Of a stretch of 62,422 nt of DNA, positions 8,494 through 16,274 are shown in pieces. The DNA is from Patescibacteria group bacterium (GTDB taxonomy: Bacteria; Patescibacteriota; Patescibacteriia; Patescibacteriales; JAQTRU01). The notes beneath the pieces were generated by a model. It worked only from the letters and a program-made list of their open reading frames with translations. It had not been told where the DNA came from and made no database searches. The position numbers and the translations under genes are program-made. The stretch spans positions 1 to 62,422 of the forward strand of contig JBAZPX010000005.1 in the NCBI GenBank assembly GCA_041645555.1, given 5' to 3'. The stretch's first letter is position 1, and the number at the start of each line of letters is the position of its first letter.

Positions 8494-9533
8494 TGAATAA
8501 AAACATTATTTCCAAAGTTTTTTTAATTATTCTGATTATTTTTGTTATTTTCGCCTGTTATTTGGTATTCCGGCCCTTTTTAGTAGAAATCCTGGCCGCC
8601 GCGATTCTCGTTTCAATTTTTTACACCCCTTACGAGTGGCTGGTTAAAAAATTCCGCAATCACCGGAATTTAGCTTCGCTTGTCATGTGCTTATTGGTAA
8701 TTTTAATCGTAATTATTCCGGCTATAAATTTAATTATTTATACGGCGCAAAGGTCGGTTCTGGCCTATTCGGATACGATTAATTTTTTAAACCGGACTGA
8801 TTTGGACGGCGCCATAAAAAATAGTATTTTAGAGAAAGCCAATTTATTGGGCCTGGACAGCAGCGACTTAAAAGTTTTTGTCGCCGATATCGCTAAAAAG
8901 TCAAGCAACTGGCTGGTAAGCGGGGCGGCGACTTTAGTAAGGGGGACAACCAGTTTTATTATCTCCCTGATCATAATTATTCTGACTATGTTTTTCTTTT
9001 TTGTGGACGGCAATAAAATGATGGAAAAAATAATGTATTGGACGCCGCTTTCCAATAAATACGACCGGGAAATATTTAAGAAATTCCGCGATGTGAGCTA
9101 TTCAACCATGATTTCAACTTTCGTGGTGGCGATTGCCCAGGGAACGGTTGGCGCAATCGGATTTATGATTATCGGCTTGCCGGCCTTTTTTGCCGGTTTG
9201 CTGATGGGGTTCTTTTCCCTTGTTCCTTATATCGGCTCCGGTTTTATCTGGTTTCCAACGGCCATCTATCTTCTTTTTACCGGTAAAATTTGGCAGGGAG
9301 TTTTCCTTCTGGCCTGGGGCGTTTTAGTGATTAGCGTGATTGATAATCTTATCCGGGCTTATATTATTAAAGGCAGAGCCCAGGTCCACCCGATTTTTAT
9401 TATTTTATCAATTTTGGGCGGAATTTCTCTATTCGGCTTTTGGGGAGTGTTTTTAGGCCCGTTAGTAATTTCCATCGCCATTACGGTTTTCCATATTTAC
9501 GAACTGGAATATGGGGAAGCGCTGGAGAAATAA
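8460..9533 (+). CDS. AI-2E family transporter (PerM/UPF0118-like permease)
   Basis: About 357 aa and multi-pass, with the family-typical layout and a C-terminal P.FIILS.LGG...G..G.FLGP motif. The first 12 codons come from the repeat cassette, and GTG at 8493 is an alternative start. Confidence 0.8.
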   Translation: MEKNNNEISNGVNKNIISKVFLIILIIFVIFACYLVFRPFLVEILAAAILVSIFYTPYEWLVKKFRNHRNLASLVMCLLVILIVIIPAINLIIYTAQRSVLAYSDTINFLNRTDLDGAIKNSILEKANLLGLDSSDLKVFVADIAKKSSNWLVSGAATLVRGTTSFIISLIIIILTMFFFFVDGNKMMEKIMYWTPLSNKYDREIFKKFRDVSYSTMISTFVVAIAQGTVGAIGFMIIGLPAFFAGLLMGFFSLVPYIGSGFIWFPTAIYLLFTGKIWQGVFLLAWGVLVISVIDNLIRAYIIKGRAQVHPIFIILSILGGISLFGFWGVFLGPLVISIAITVFHIYELEYGEALEK

Positions 9534-9536
9534 CGG

Positions 9537-9585
9537 TTGACAATCAACAGTTGACAGTTAACAATTAACAATTGACTATTGTTAA
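9537..9585 (+). repeat. Heptanucleotide tandem array (TTGACAA/TTAACAA family, 7 units)
   Basis: ttgacaa tcaacag ttgacag ttaacaa ttaacaa ttgacta ttgttaa. Confidence 0.9.
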
Positions 9586-9604
9586 GGAACGAAAATAGTT
9601 AATT

Positions 9605-9955
9605 ATGAAGACTTTTAGATTTTTTGATTTTCCGGTTTATGAATAGGCGAAGAGATGTTATAAAAATATTTTGATTATATCGCTAAGAGTTCAAGATTAT
9701 TCTTTCAGGGATCAGATAAAACGGGCGGCTCTGTCAGTAATTTTGAATATTGCAGAAGGTTCCGCGAAAAAATCCGACAAAGATTTTGCTAAATTTTTAG
9801 AAATTTCTATCGCCTCAGCAAACGAAGTAGTCGCTTGTTTAGATATTATGCATGATTTTAAGAAAATTTCCGATAAAGAATGGGAAGTTCTAAAAGAAGA
9901 TTTAGAAAGTGTAGTAAAACAGTTAGGCGGATTTATAAAAAATTTAAGAAAATAA
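9605..9955 (+). pseudogene. Four-helix-bundle protein (23S rRNA intervening-sequence protein family) interrupted by an in-frame TAG
   Basis: ATG 9605 gives MKTFRFFDFPVYE, then TAG (9644-9646), then the same frame continues AKRCYKNILIISLRVQDYSFRDQIKRAALSVILNIAEGSAKKS... The core motif RAA.S...NIAEG is typical of this family. The track ORF 9671..9955 is only the part downstream of the stop. Confidence 0.7.
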
Positions 9956-9989
9956 AGTCAAAAGTCAATTGTCAAATGTTAATTGTTAA
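9955..9989 (-). repeat. Heptanucleotide tandem array (TTGTCAA/TTGTTAA, 5 units), in inverted orientation relative to 9537-9585
   Basis: aagtcaa aagtcaa ttgtcaa atgttaa ttgttaa. The reverse complement contains TTAACAATTAACA, which matches 9558-9570. Confidence 0.9.
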
Positions 9990-9993
9990 TAAT

Positions 9994-10067
9994 GGGGGAA
10001 TAGTTCAATGGTAGAACACGGGTCTCCAAAACCTGTGATGAGGGTCCGATTCCTTCTTCCCCTGCCA
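9994..10067 (+). tRNA. trnW: tRNA-Trp (anticodon CCA), CCA end encoded
   Basis: Manual cloverleaf: acceptor GGGGGAA/TTCCCCT (G1-U72 wobble), D-arm GTTC-AATGGTA-GAAC, anticodon stem CGGGT/ACCTG with loop CTCCAAA, T-arm GAGGG-TCCGATT-CCTTC. It aligns closely with bacterial tRNA-Trp. The T-loop reads TCCGA instead of TTCGA. Confidence 0.85.
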
Positions 10068-10077
10068 GTCAAAAAAT

Positions 10078-10097
10078 AGCCGAAATCGGCTTTTTTT
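10078..10097 (+). terminator. Intrinsic terminator after tRNA-Trp
   Basis: AGCCG-aaat-CGGCT followed by TTTTTTT. Confidence 0.7.
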
Positions 10098-10135
10098 GTT
10101 ATAATGGGGATAAATTAAATACATTAGATTAAATT

Positions 10136-11296
10136 GTGGCCTATATATTTTTGTTTATAGCAATAGTTTTTTTAATTGCCGCCCATTGGCTGGTTTACGA
10201 TTTTTTTGTCCGCAGTTTTTCCGCAAGCAGCAAGCGGGGAAAAAACATCTGGCGCTTGCTTTTTTTCTTTTTGCCGATAGGCTTTATTTTATCTTCAATT
10301 CTGGTCCGCTGGCAGGAGATTTTATTGACTAAGATTTTATATTTTGTTTTTTCCCTTTGGCTGGGCGTATTAATAAATTTTTTGCTCGCTATTGGCGCGG
10401 CCTGGCTTATAACAGGGGCAGCAGAAGCTTTGGGCAAAAAAATAAATCGGTCTGTTGTCGGCGTAGCGGTTTTGCTGATCGTTCTTCTTTATAGCGGCTA
10501 TGGCGTGTTTAATGCTTTGTCGCCGGCAGTAAAGAGAATAACGGTTTCTGTCGGCGGCCTGCCTAAAGAGTGGCAGGGGAAAACTATTGTCCAGATTTCT
10601 GACCTGCACTTGGGAGAAATTTTAGGAAAAAATTTTTTAAACCGGGTTTTAAATAGGGTAAATAGCCTTAACCCGGAAATGGTTGTAATTACCGGGGATT
10701 TGTTTGACGGCATGGACGGAAATCTGGATGCCTTTGTCGGGATCCTTAACGGTTTTAACGCGCCCAAAGGCGTTTATTATGTTACCGGCAACCATGAAAT
10801 CTATTTGGGCATGGAAGACGCTTTGACCGCCTTAAAAAAGACCAAGATAAATGTTTTAGATAATGAAATAGCGGAAATAGACGGTTTGCAAATAATTGGC
10901 GTAAGTTATCCCGGCCTTAATCCGGGCGAGGATGAAGAGAATATCATAAATAGTTATAATCAGGAAAAACCAAGTATTCTGCTTTATCATGCGCCGGTTG
11001 ATATTTTTTCTAGCCAGACAAACGGCAATAATTCGCATAAAGATATTTATTTATCGCCCAATACGGATTTTACCGCTGTCAAAAAGCTTGGTATTGATTT
11101 GCAATTATCAGGCCATACGCATGGAGGCCAGATTTTCCCCTTTAATCTAATCACAAAATTAATTTATCATGGCCATGATTATGGCTTAAATCGGGACGGG
11201 GATTTTACCCTCTATACTACCAGCGGCACCGGAGTCTGGGGGCCGACGATGCGGACAGGGAGCCGGGGAGAGATAGTTTTAATTACCCTAAAGTAA
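10136..11296 (+). CDS. Membrane-anchored metallophosphoesterase (calcineurin-like, YkuE-type)
   Basis: N-terminal TM helices, then the motifs ISDLHLG, ITGDLFDG, TGNHE and SGHTHGGQ. GTG start. Confidence 0.85.
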   Translation: MAYIFLFIAIVFLIAAHWLVYDFFVRSFSASSKRGKNIWRLLFFFLPIGFILSSILVRWQEILLTKILYFVFSLWLGVLINFLLAIGAAWLITGAAEALGKKINRSVVGVAVLLIVLLYSGYGVFNALSPAVKRITVSVGGLPKEWQGKTIVQISDLHLGEILGKNFLNRVLNRVNSLNPEMVVITGDLFDGMDGNLDAFVGILNGFNAPKGVYYVTGNHEIYLGMEDALTALKKTKINVLDNEIAEIDGLQIIGVSYPGLNPGEDEENIINSYNQEKPSILLYHAPVDIFSSQTNGNNSHKDIYLSPNTDFTAVKKLGIDLQLSGHTHGGQIFPFNLITKLIYHGHDYGLNRDGDFTLYTTSGTGVWGPTMRTGSRGEIVLITLK

Positions 11297-11311
11297 ACCC
11301 ATTTTTATGGA

Positions 11312-11418
11312 CCCCGTTAGAAATCTAGCTACAAAAAATAAAGTTTCTAACGGGGAAAAAGATATTCAAAAATAAAATATTATTATGGAGGAAAAAATCA
11401 ATAAAATTTCTAACGGGG
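11312..11418 (+). repeat. CCCCGTTAGAAAT-armed cassette, copy 2 (mgtA leader)
   Basis: Left arm is 11312-11324. The first right arm GTTTCTAACGGGG is at 11343-11355. The second, perfect right arm is at 11406-11418, in mgtA codons 8-12. A mini-ORF spans 11307-11375. Confidence 0.85.
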
Positions 11419-13985
11419 TGGATAACCAGAAGCAAAACTTAGATTATTTTTTCAAAAATAGAATTGAGGATATTTATTCATTTTTGCAATCTTCTTCTAA
11501 TGGGCTTAAAGCCGAGGAAGTGGAAGCTAGGCTTTTAAATTACGGGTATAACGTTATAAAAAGGGAGAAAAAACTAAGTTTGGCCGTTGAGTTTTTGTCT
11601 CATTTCAAAAATCCCTTAGTAATAATCCTGTTATTTGTTTCCGCCGTTTCCGCTTATTTCGGCGAAACCACAAACGCGGTTATTGTTATAATAATGGTCT
11701 TGGCCAGCGTTATCCTTGATTTTTTTGAAGAACATAGCGCCAATGATGCTTCTAAAAAGTTAAGGGAAAAAGTTTCAATTACCGCCACGGTTTTGCGCGA
11801 CGGAGAGGCGAAAGAAATAAAAACGAAAAAACTTGTGCCGGGAGACGTTGTCCTTTTAAATTCGGGCGATTTAATCCCGGCTGATTGCCGGATTATTGAG
11901 GCGAACGATTTTTTTGTCAACCAATCGTCTTTAACCGGAGAATCGTTTCCTCTGGAAAAGGCCGCCGGCGTTCCGGCAAACGAGGAGGCGGCTCTGGGCG
12001 AGATAGAAAACATCGCTTTTATGGGTTCTAATGTCGTGAGCGGTACGGCTAAAGCGATTATTTTTTCGACCGGCAGCCAGACCCAATTCGGCAAAATTGC
12101 CGGTTCTTTAAGCAAAAAAGAGGCGAAAAGCGAATTTGAAGTCGGCGTAGTAAGCTTTGGTTATTTTATAATGAAGGTTATTATTTTTTTAGTGCTGCTC
12201 ATCTTTTTCTTTAATGCCTTAGTGGGCCGGGATATAATTGAGGTTTTTATATTTTCTCTGGCTATTGCCGTCGGCGTTACCCCCGAGCTTCTGCCTATGA
12301 TTATGTCGATTACCATGGCGCGCGGTTCGGTGAAAATGGCGAAAGACGGGGTAATTGTGAAAAAGCTTTCCTCCATCCCGGGTTTTGGCAGCATGGACAT
12401 ACTTTGCACGGATAAAACCGGAACTCTGACAGAAGATAAAATTAAATTAATTAAATATACAGACACCATCGGCAAGACGAATGAAGATGTATTTCTTTAT
12501 ACTTTCCTTAATAGTTTTTATCAGACCGGGGTGGAAAATCCTTTAGATAAAGCTGTTTTGGAGTTTAGAAAAACGAATTGCGAGGAGTTCAAAAAAATTG
12601 ACGAAATTCCTTTTGATTTCATAAGGAAGATGATGAGCATTATTGTTGAGGGGAAAAAAGGGCAGAGGTATTTAATAACCAAGGGAGCGCCGGAAAATAT
12701 TTTTTTAATTTGTAATAATTTTAAAAATGGTTCAAAGAATGAAAAATTCACGGGTAAGGCGGTTTCCAAGGCGACAGAGTATTACAAAAACATGAGCGCT
12801 GCCGGGTATCGTGTTTTAGCCGTGGCGATTAAAGAACTGCCTAAAGATTCTGACAAAAGAGAATTGTCTAATATTGATAAATATTCCAAGAGCGATGAAT
12901 CGTCTATGACGCTTATCGGCTTTGTGTCTTTTCTCGATCCGGCCAAAGAAGATGTGCGCGAGGTTTTGCGGGAGCTTGAAGCCATGGGCGTGGAAATTAA
13001 GATTATCACCGGCGATAACGAATTGGTGGCGCAAAAAATTTGCCGCGATGTCGGGCTTAATGTTCGCGGGATTTTATTAGGCAGCGAACTTGATAATTTA
13101 ACGGACGATGCCCTGGCTAAAAAAGCCGAGGCCACGACTTTATTTGCTAAATTTTCGCCGGATGAAAAAAATCGCGTGATTGTCGCTTTGCGGTCCCGGC
13201 ATCATGTGGTAGGCTATATGGGCGACGGCATTAACGACGCGCCGTCCATTAGGGCCGCGGATGTGGGCATATCGGTTAATAACGCGGTCGATATCGCCAG
13301 GGAGTCGGCTGATTTTATTTTAACCCAGAAAAACCTGAGATCCCTGGTCGACGGAATAATCCAGGGCCGGCGGTCTTTCGGCAACACGATGAAATATATT
13401 ATGATGGGCTTGAGCTCTAATTTCGGGAATATGTTCAGCGTTGTCGGCGCCATTTTTTACCTCCCCTTTCTGCCGATGCTGCCTATCCAAATATTGCTTA
13501 ACAATTTTATTTATGACCTTTCGCAGGTAACCATACCGACCGATAAGGTTGATAAAGAATGGATTAAATTGCCCAGGCGCTGGGACATAAGTTTTGTCAA
13601 AAAATTTATGCTCACTTTCGGGCCGATAAGCTCTTTGTTCGATTTTATTACGTTTTTTATTCTTTTCTCTGTTTTTAAGCTTTCGGCGCCGGAATTTCAA
13701 ACCGGCTGGTTTTTGGAATCATTAGCCACTCAGACTTTAGTAATTCATATAATCAGGACCAGAAAGCTGCCCTTTTTTCAGAGCCGGGCAAGCGCGCTGC
13801 TGTTTTTATCAACCTTTGCCTGCGTGGCAATCGGCTGGCTGATTCCCTATACCGCTTTAGGCCGATTTTTCCAATTCGCCCAGCTTCCTTTTCATATATT
13901 AGCAGTCATCGCCGTCTTGGTTTTGATTTATCTGGTTTTGGTTGAAATAGTAAAAAGAATTTTTTATAGAAAATTCGCGCAATAA
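11385..13985 (+). CDS. mgtA: Magnesium-translocating P-type ATPase
   Basis: DKTGTLT phosphorylation site and GDGINDAP hinge. The C-terminal region SSNFGNMFSV...LPFLPMLPIQILLNN.IYD.SQ..IP.D.VD closely matches the MgtA-type signature. Confidence 0.9.
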   Translation: MEEKINKISNGVDNQKQNLDYFFKNRIEDIYSFLQSSSNGLKAEEVEARLLNYGYNVIKREKKLSLAVEFLSHFKNPLVIILLFVSAVSAYFGETTNAVIVIIMVLASVILDFFEEHSANDASKKLREKVSITATVLRDGEAKEIKTKKLVPGDVVLLNSGDLIPADCRIIEANDFFVNQSSLTGESFPLEKAAGVPANEEAALGEIENIAFMGSNVVSGTAKAIIFSTGSQTQFGKIAGSLSKKEAKSEFEVGVVSFGYFIMKVIIFLVLLIFFFNALVGRDIIEVFIFSLAIAVGVTPELLPMIMSITMARGSVKMAKDGVIVKKLSSIPGFGSMDILCTDKTGTLTEDKIKLIKYTDTIGKTNEDVFLYTFLNSFYQTGVENPLDKAVLEFRKTNCEEFKKIDEIPFDFIRKMMSIIVEGKKGQRYLITKGAPENIFLICNNFKNGSKNEKFTGKAVSKATEYYKNMSAAGYRVLAVAIKELPKDSDKRELSNIDKYSKSDESSMTLIGFVSFLDPAKEDVREVLRELEAMGVEIKIITGDNELVAQKICRDVGLNVRGILLGSELDNLTDDALAKKAEATTLFAKFSPDEKNRVIVALRSRHHVVGYMGDGINDAPSIRAADVGISVNNAVDIARESADFILTQKNLRSLVDGIIQGRRSFGNTMKYIMMGLSSNFGNMFSVVGAIFYLPFLPMLPIQILLNNFIYDLSQVTIPTDKVDKEWIKLPRRWDISFVKKFMLTFGPISSLFDFITFFILFSVFKLSAPEFQTGWFLESLATQTLVIHIIRTRKLPFFQSRASALLFLSTFACVAIGWLIPYTALGRFFQFAQLPFHILAVIAVLVLIYLVLVEIVKRIFYRKFAQ

Positions 13986-13986
13986 T

Positions 13987-13998
13987 CCCCGTTAGAAA
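13987..13998 (+). repeat. Solo left-arm copy CCCCGTTAGAAA immediately after the mgtA stop
   Basis: This is an exact 12-mer match to the cassette arm. A short partner TTCTAA lies at 14016-14021. Confidence 0.6.
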
Positions 13999-14036
13999 GG
14001 GCGGGGCTCATCATGTTCTAATAACATCTTACTTTT

Positions 14037-14876
14037 ATGAGCAGAACTCAAGGCTGGACAGAAGTCGCTAAAAACAGGGGACAGAAACAAAATAGGATTC
14101 CGCCGTTCGCGCCTTCGCCAAAAGAGCAAAAAATTTATCAAGAATTCATAAAAAAAACGAGCGCAAGCGATTTACCGCGGAGAGCTTTAATTTTGGGCGC
14201 CACTCCGGAATTAAGGGATCTCTCTATTAAGGCGGGGCTGGAAAGCCATGCGGTTGACATCAGTCAGGAAATGATGAGTAAGTTTTCTAAATTGATGGAT
14301 AATGGCGGCAATCGCCTGGACAAAAGGATAATTTGCGATTGGTTGAAAATGAATTTTCCGGATAATAATTTTGGCGTAATCATGGGGGACGCATCTCTAA
14401 TTAATCTTCCGACCAGATCCGGCAACCTTAAATTAATTAAGAAATGCCGAAAATTTTTGAAGAGCGGAGGGTATCTGGTATTAAGGCAGTTGGTTTATCC
14501 GGAAACATATAAGGGCTACAAAAAAGCCGGGGAGCTTATAAACGATTATCGGAAAGGAAAAGTTACTTGGGAAGATTTCTTTATGGAATTGAGAATGATA
14601 ACTTTTAGAAAACAGGTTTTTAATCAGAAAACCTGCCAATTTGACGCCGGAAAAGCATTTAAAAAAATTGAAGATTTATACAAAAAAAGTTTATTAAAAA
14701 AAGAAGAATTTGACAGAATAAATCTATTCAGAAATAATATTATAAATACTTTTTTTCCGGAGAAGGAGTTTGTTAAAACCGTGGAAGGGGAGGGATTCAA
14801 ATTGGTGCGCGTTTTCAAGGATAAGCCTCATTTATTCTTCAATTATCTGTACATGATGGTATTTCAAAAAGAATAG
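14037..14876 (+). CDS. Class I SAM-dependent methyltransferase-like protein, paralog 1 of 3
   Basis: Rossmann-like order of motifs: ILGATPELRDL (motif I-like, non-canonical), acidic residue after beta2 (VDIS), GVIMGDASL, LKSGGYLV. The same layout recurs in the ORFs at 16275 and 17101. Confidence 0.55.
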   Translation: MSRTQGWTEVAKNRGQKQNRIPPFAPSPKEQKIYQEFIKKTSASDLPRRALILGATPELRDLSIKAGLESHAVDISQEMMSKFSKLMDNGGNRLDKRIICDWLKMNFPDNNFGVIMGDASLINLPTRSGNLKLIKKCRKFLKSGGYLVLRQLVYPETYKGYKKAGELINDYRKGKVTWEDFFMELRMITFRKQVFNQKTCQFDAGKAFKKIEDLYKKSLLKKEEFDRINLFRNNIINTFFPEKEFVKTVEGEGFKLVRVFKDKPHLFFNYLYMMVFQKE

Positions 14877-14930
14877 GGTGAGAATTATAAAAAATAAAGA
14901 CTAATTTTAGCCAAAATAGCCAAGTTTATC

Positions 14931-14959
14931 TTGACTTTTTTTGTTATATATGGTATGAT
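14931..14959 (+). promoter_or_regulatory. Near-consensus sigma70-like promoter with extended -10 for the PLP-enzyme gene
   Basis: TTGACT (14931-14936), 17-nt spacer ending TGG, TATGAT (14954-14959). Confidence 0.6.
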
Positions 14960-15049
14960 ATTCAATTAGTGTTCATTACAACGGAATTAATTGGACTATA
15001 TAGATAATCGAAGTAATAAAATTACACTTTTTGATGAAGGGAAGTTTCA

Positions 15050-16165
15050 ATGAGACAGAACGGAATTGTTACCCTGTTTGGCTCCACGGCGGAAATGTTA
15101 GCGGAGTGGGGCGGGCATTATGTGTCAGGTTTACCGCAGACAGTAAAGTTGGAAAAAGAACTCGGCAAGATTCACGGCATGCCCACGCTGGTAACAACGC
15201 GAGGTATGACCGCGATCACAGCTGCGGTCTTTGCTTTTCTGCCGGCGAGAGTCATTCTTTCAAACGAATGCTACCCCGGCACTATGCTCCAATTTCGGGA
15301 GTGGAAAGGCGCTGATGTCATACCCAGCCTCAGCTTATTCGACCCAGACGACTTGGACGGGTTGGAAAATCAATTAAGCGATCCGCTCTCCGAAAGCAGC
15401 GAGTTTGCGATTGTTTTTGTGGAATCAATCGGTAATTCGCGGCTGATGAAAGTCGCGAATGTCCCGGCCATTATCGCGCTCTGCAAGAAGTATGGGGCGA
15501 TGCTGGTCGTCGACACCACATTCACACCGCTCGCGGTTTTCGAACCGGATTCGTCGCTTATCGTCGTGGGCTCGCTCACGAAATACGAGCAGCCTGATGA
15601 TGAAGCCATGGGCGGAAGGATTTCCTCCGCCGCGGAAATCATCGCAAAAATCAGAGCTACTCGCGCTTACGGCAATGTTGCTATGCTCCCGAGTGTGGCG
15701 GCGTATTATCTCCTCCAGGCTATTGGGGGATTTGATCGTCGTTTCCTCGATCATAGCGACAATGCTTTTTTACTTTCTTCGGAAAAGATTCGTTCCCACT
15801 CCGCGGTCAAGGCGGTGCATTATCCGGGGTCGTTGGACCATCCGGGCTATTCGATAATTCAGCGCGATTTCAGCTGTCTGGCAGGCGGAGTCCTGTATTT
15901 GGAATTTAAGGGCGGAGACGAAGCAGCCCGGCTGTTCTGCGACAAGCTCGTCCAGGGAAGCGAAAACTGGAGTCTGGCCGTGAGTTTCGGAAGTTCAGAC
16001 TGGCGCATTTGCCCGATCGTCGACTTCCTGACCGGCTACTTCGATTATCGTCCCGGGTTGGTGAGAATCGCCACCGGCCGGATTAATTCGCGCAAAGCCA
16101 TCTCGGAGTTCATCAAGGCTCTGGATTGGGTCATAACGGCGGTAAGTGAGCGTCAGGAAGCGTAA
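15050..16165 (+). CDS. PLP-dependent enzyme of the Cys/Met-metabolism (trans-sulfuration / gamma-lyase) family
   Basis: About 371 aa. It has an SLTKY segment resembling the S-x-T-K PLP-lysine motif, and a VVDTTF segment resembling the aspartate motif of fold-type I gamma-family enzymes. It is markedly GC-richer than all neighbours. Confidence 0.7.
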   Translation: MRQNGIVTLFGSTAEMLAEWGGHYVSGLPQTVKLEKELGKIHGMPTLVTTRGMTAITAAVFAFLPARVILSNECYPGTMLQFREWKGADVIPSLSLFDPDDLDGLENQLSDPLSESSEFAIVFVESIGNSRLMKVANVPAIIALCKKYGAMLVVDTTFTPLAVFEPDSSLIVVGSLTKYEQPDDEAMGGRISSAAEIIAKIRATRAYGNVAMLPSVAAYYLLQAIGGFDRRFLDHSDNAFLLSSEKIRSHSAVKAVHYPGSLDHPGYSIIQRDFSCLAGGVLYLEFKGGDEAARLFCDKLVQGSENWSLAVSFGSSDWRICPIVDFLTGYFDYRPGLVRIATGRINSRKAISEFIKALDWVITAVSERQEA

Positions 16166-16193
16166 GTTTCCTTATGCTCCAAAGTAAAAAGAG

Positions 16194-16228
16194 AGGAGTG
16201 TTTGTTTATAGACACTCCTTTTTCTTTT
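16194..16228 (+). terminator. Intrinsic terminator after the PLP-enzyme gene
   Basis: AGGAGTG (16194-16200) / CACTCCT (16213-16219) followed by TTTTTCTTTT. Confidence 0.8.
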
Positions 16229-16274
16229 GCTAAAAACCTTGAAAAATCTAGAAATTCTGCTAAAATATAAGCAT

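Noticed and set aside
9644-9646. In-frame TAG in the four-helix-bundle gene as evidence for stop-codon reassignment.
   Set aside because: TAG clearly terminates well-defined genes here (HU at 21202-21204, epimerase at 46551-46553). TGA and TAA also act as stops, and long ORFs are intact under the standard code. A nonsense mutation or pseudogene is the simpler reading.
11297-11384. M-box or other known Mg riboswitch upstream of mgtA.
   Set aside because: The gap is only 88 nt, much shorter than an M-box. I see none of its conserved features. The same sequence module also precedes a transporter and an epimerase unrelated to Mg.
15031-15857. ORFs 15031..15315 (+), 15459..15857 (+) and the minus-strand ORFs overlapping the PLP-enzyme gene.
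   Set aside because: The high GC content of this gene generates long alternative-frame ORFs. Only the 15050..16165 frame carries PLP-enzyme motifs.
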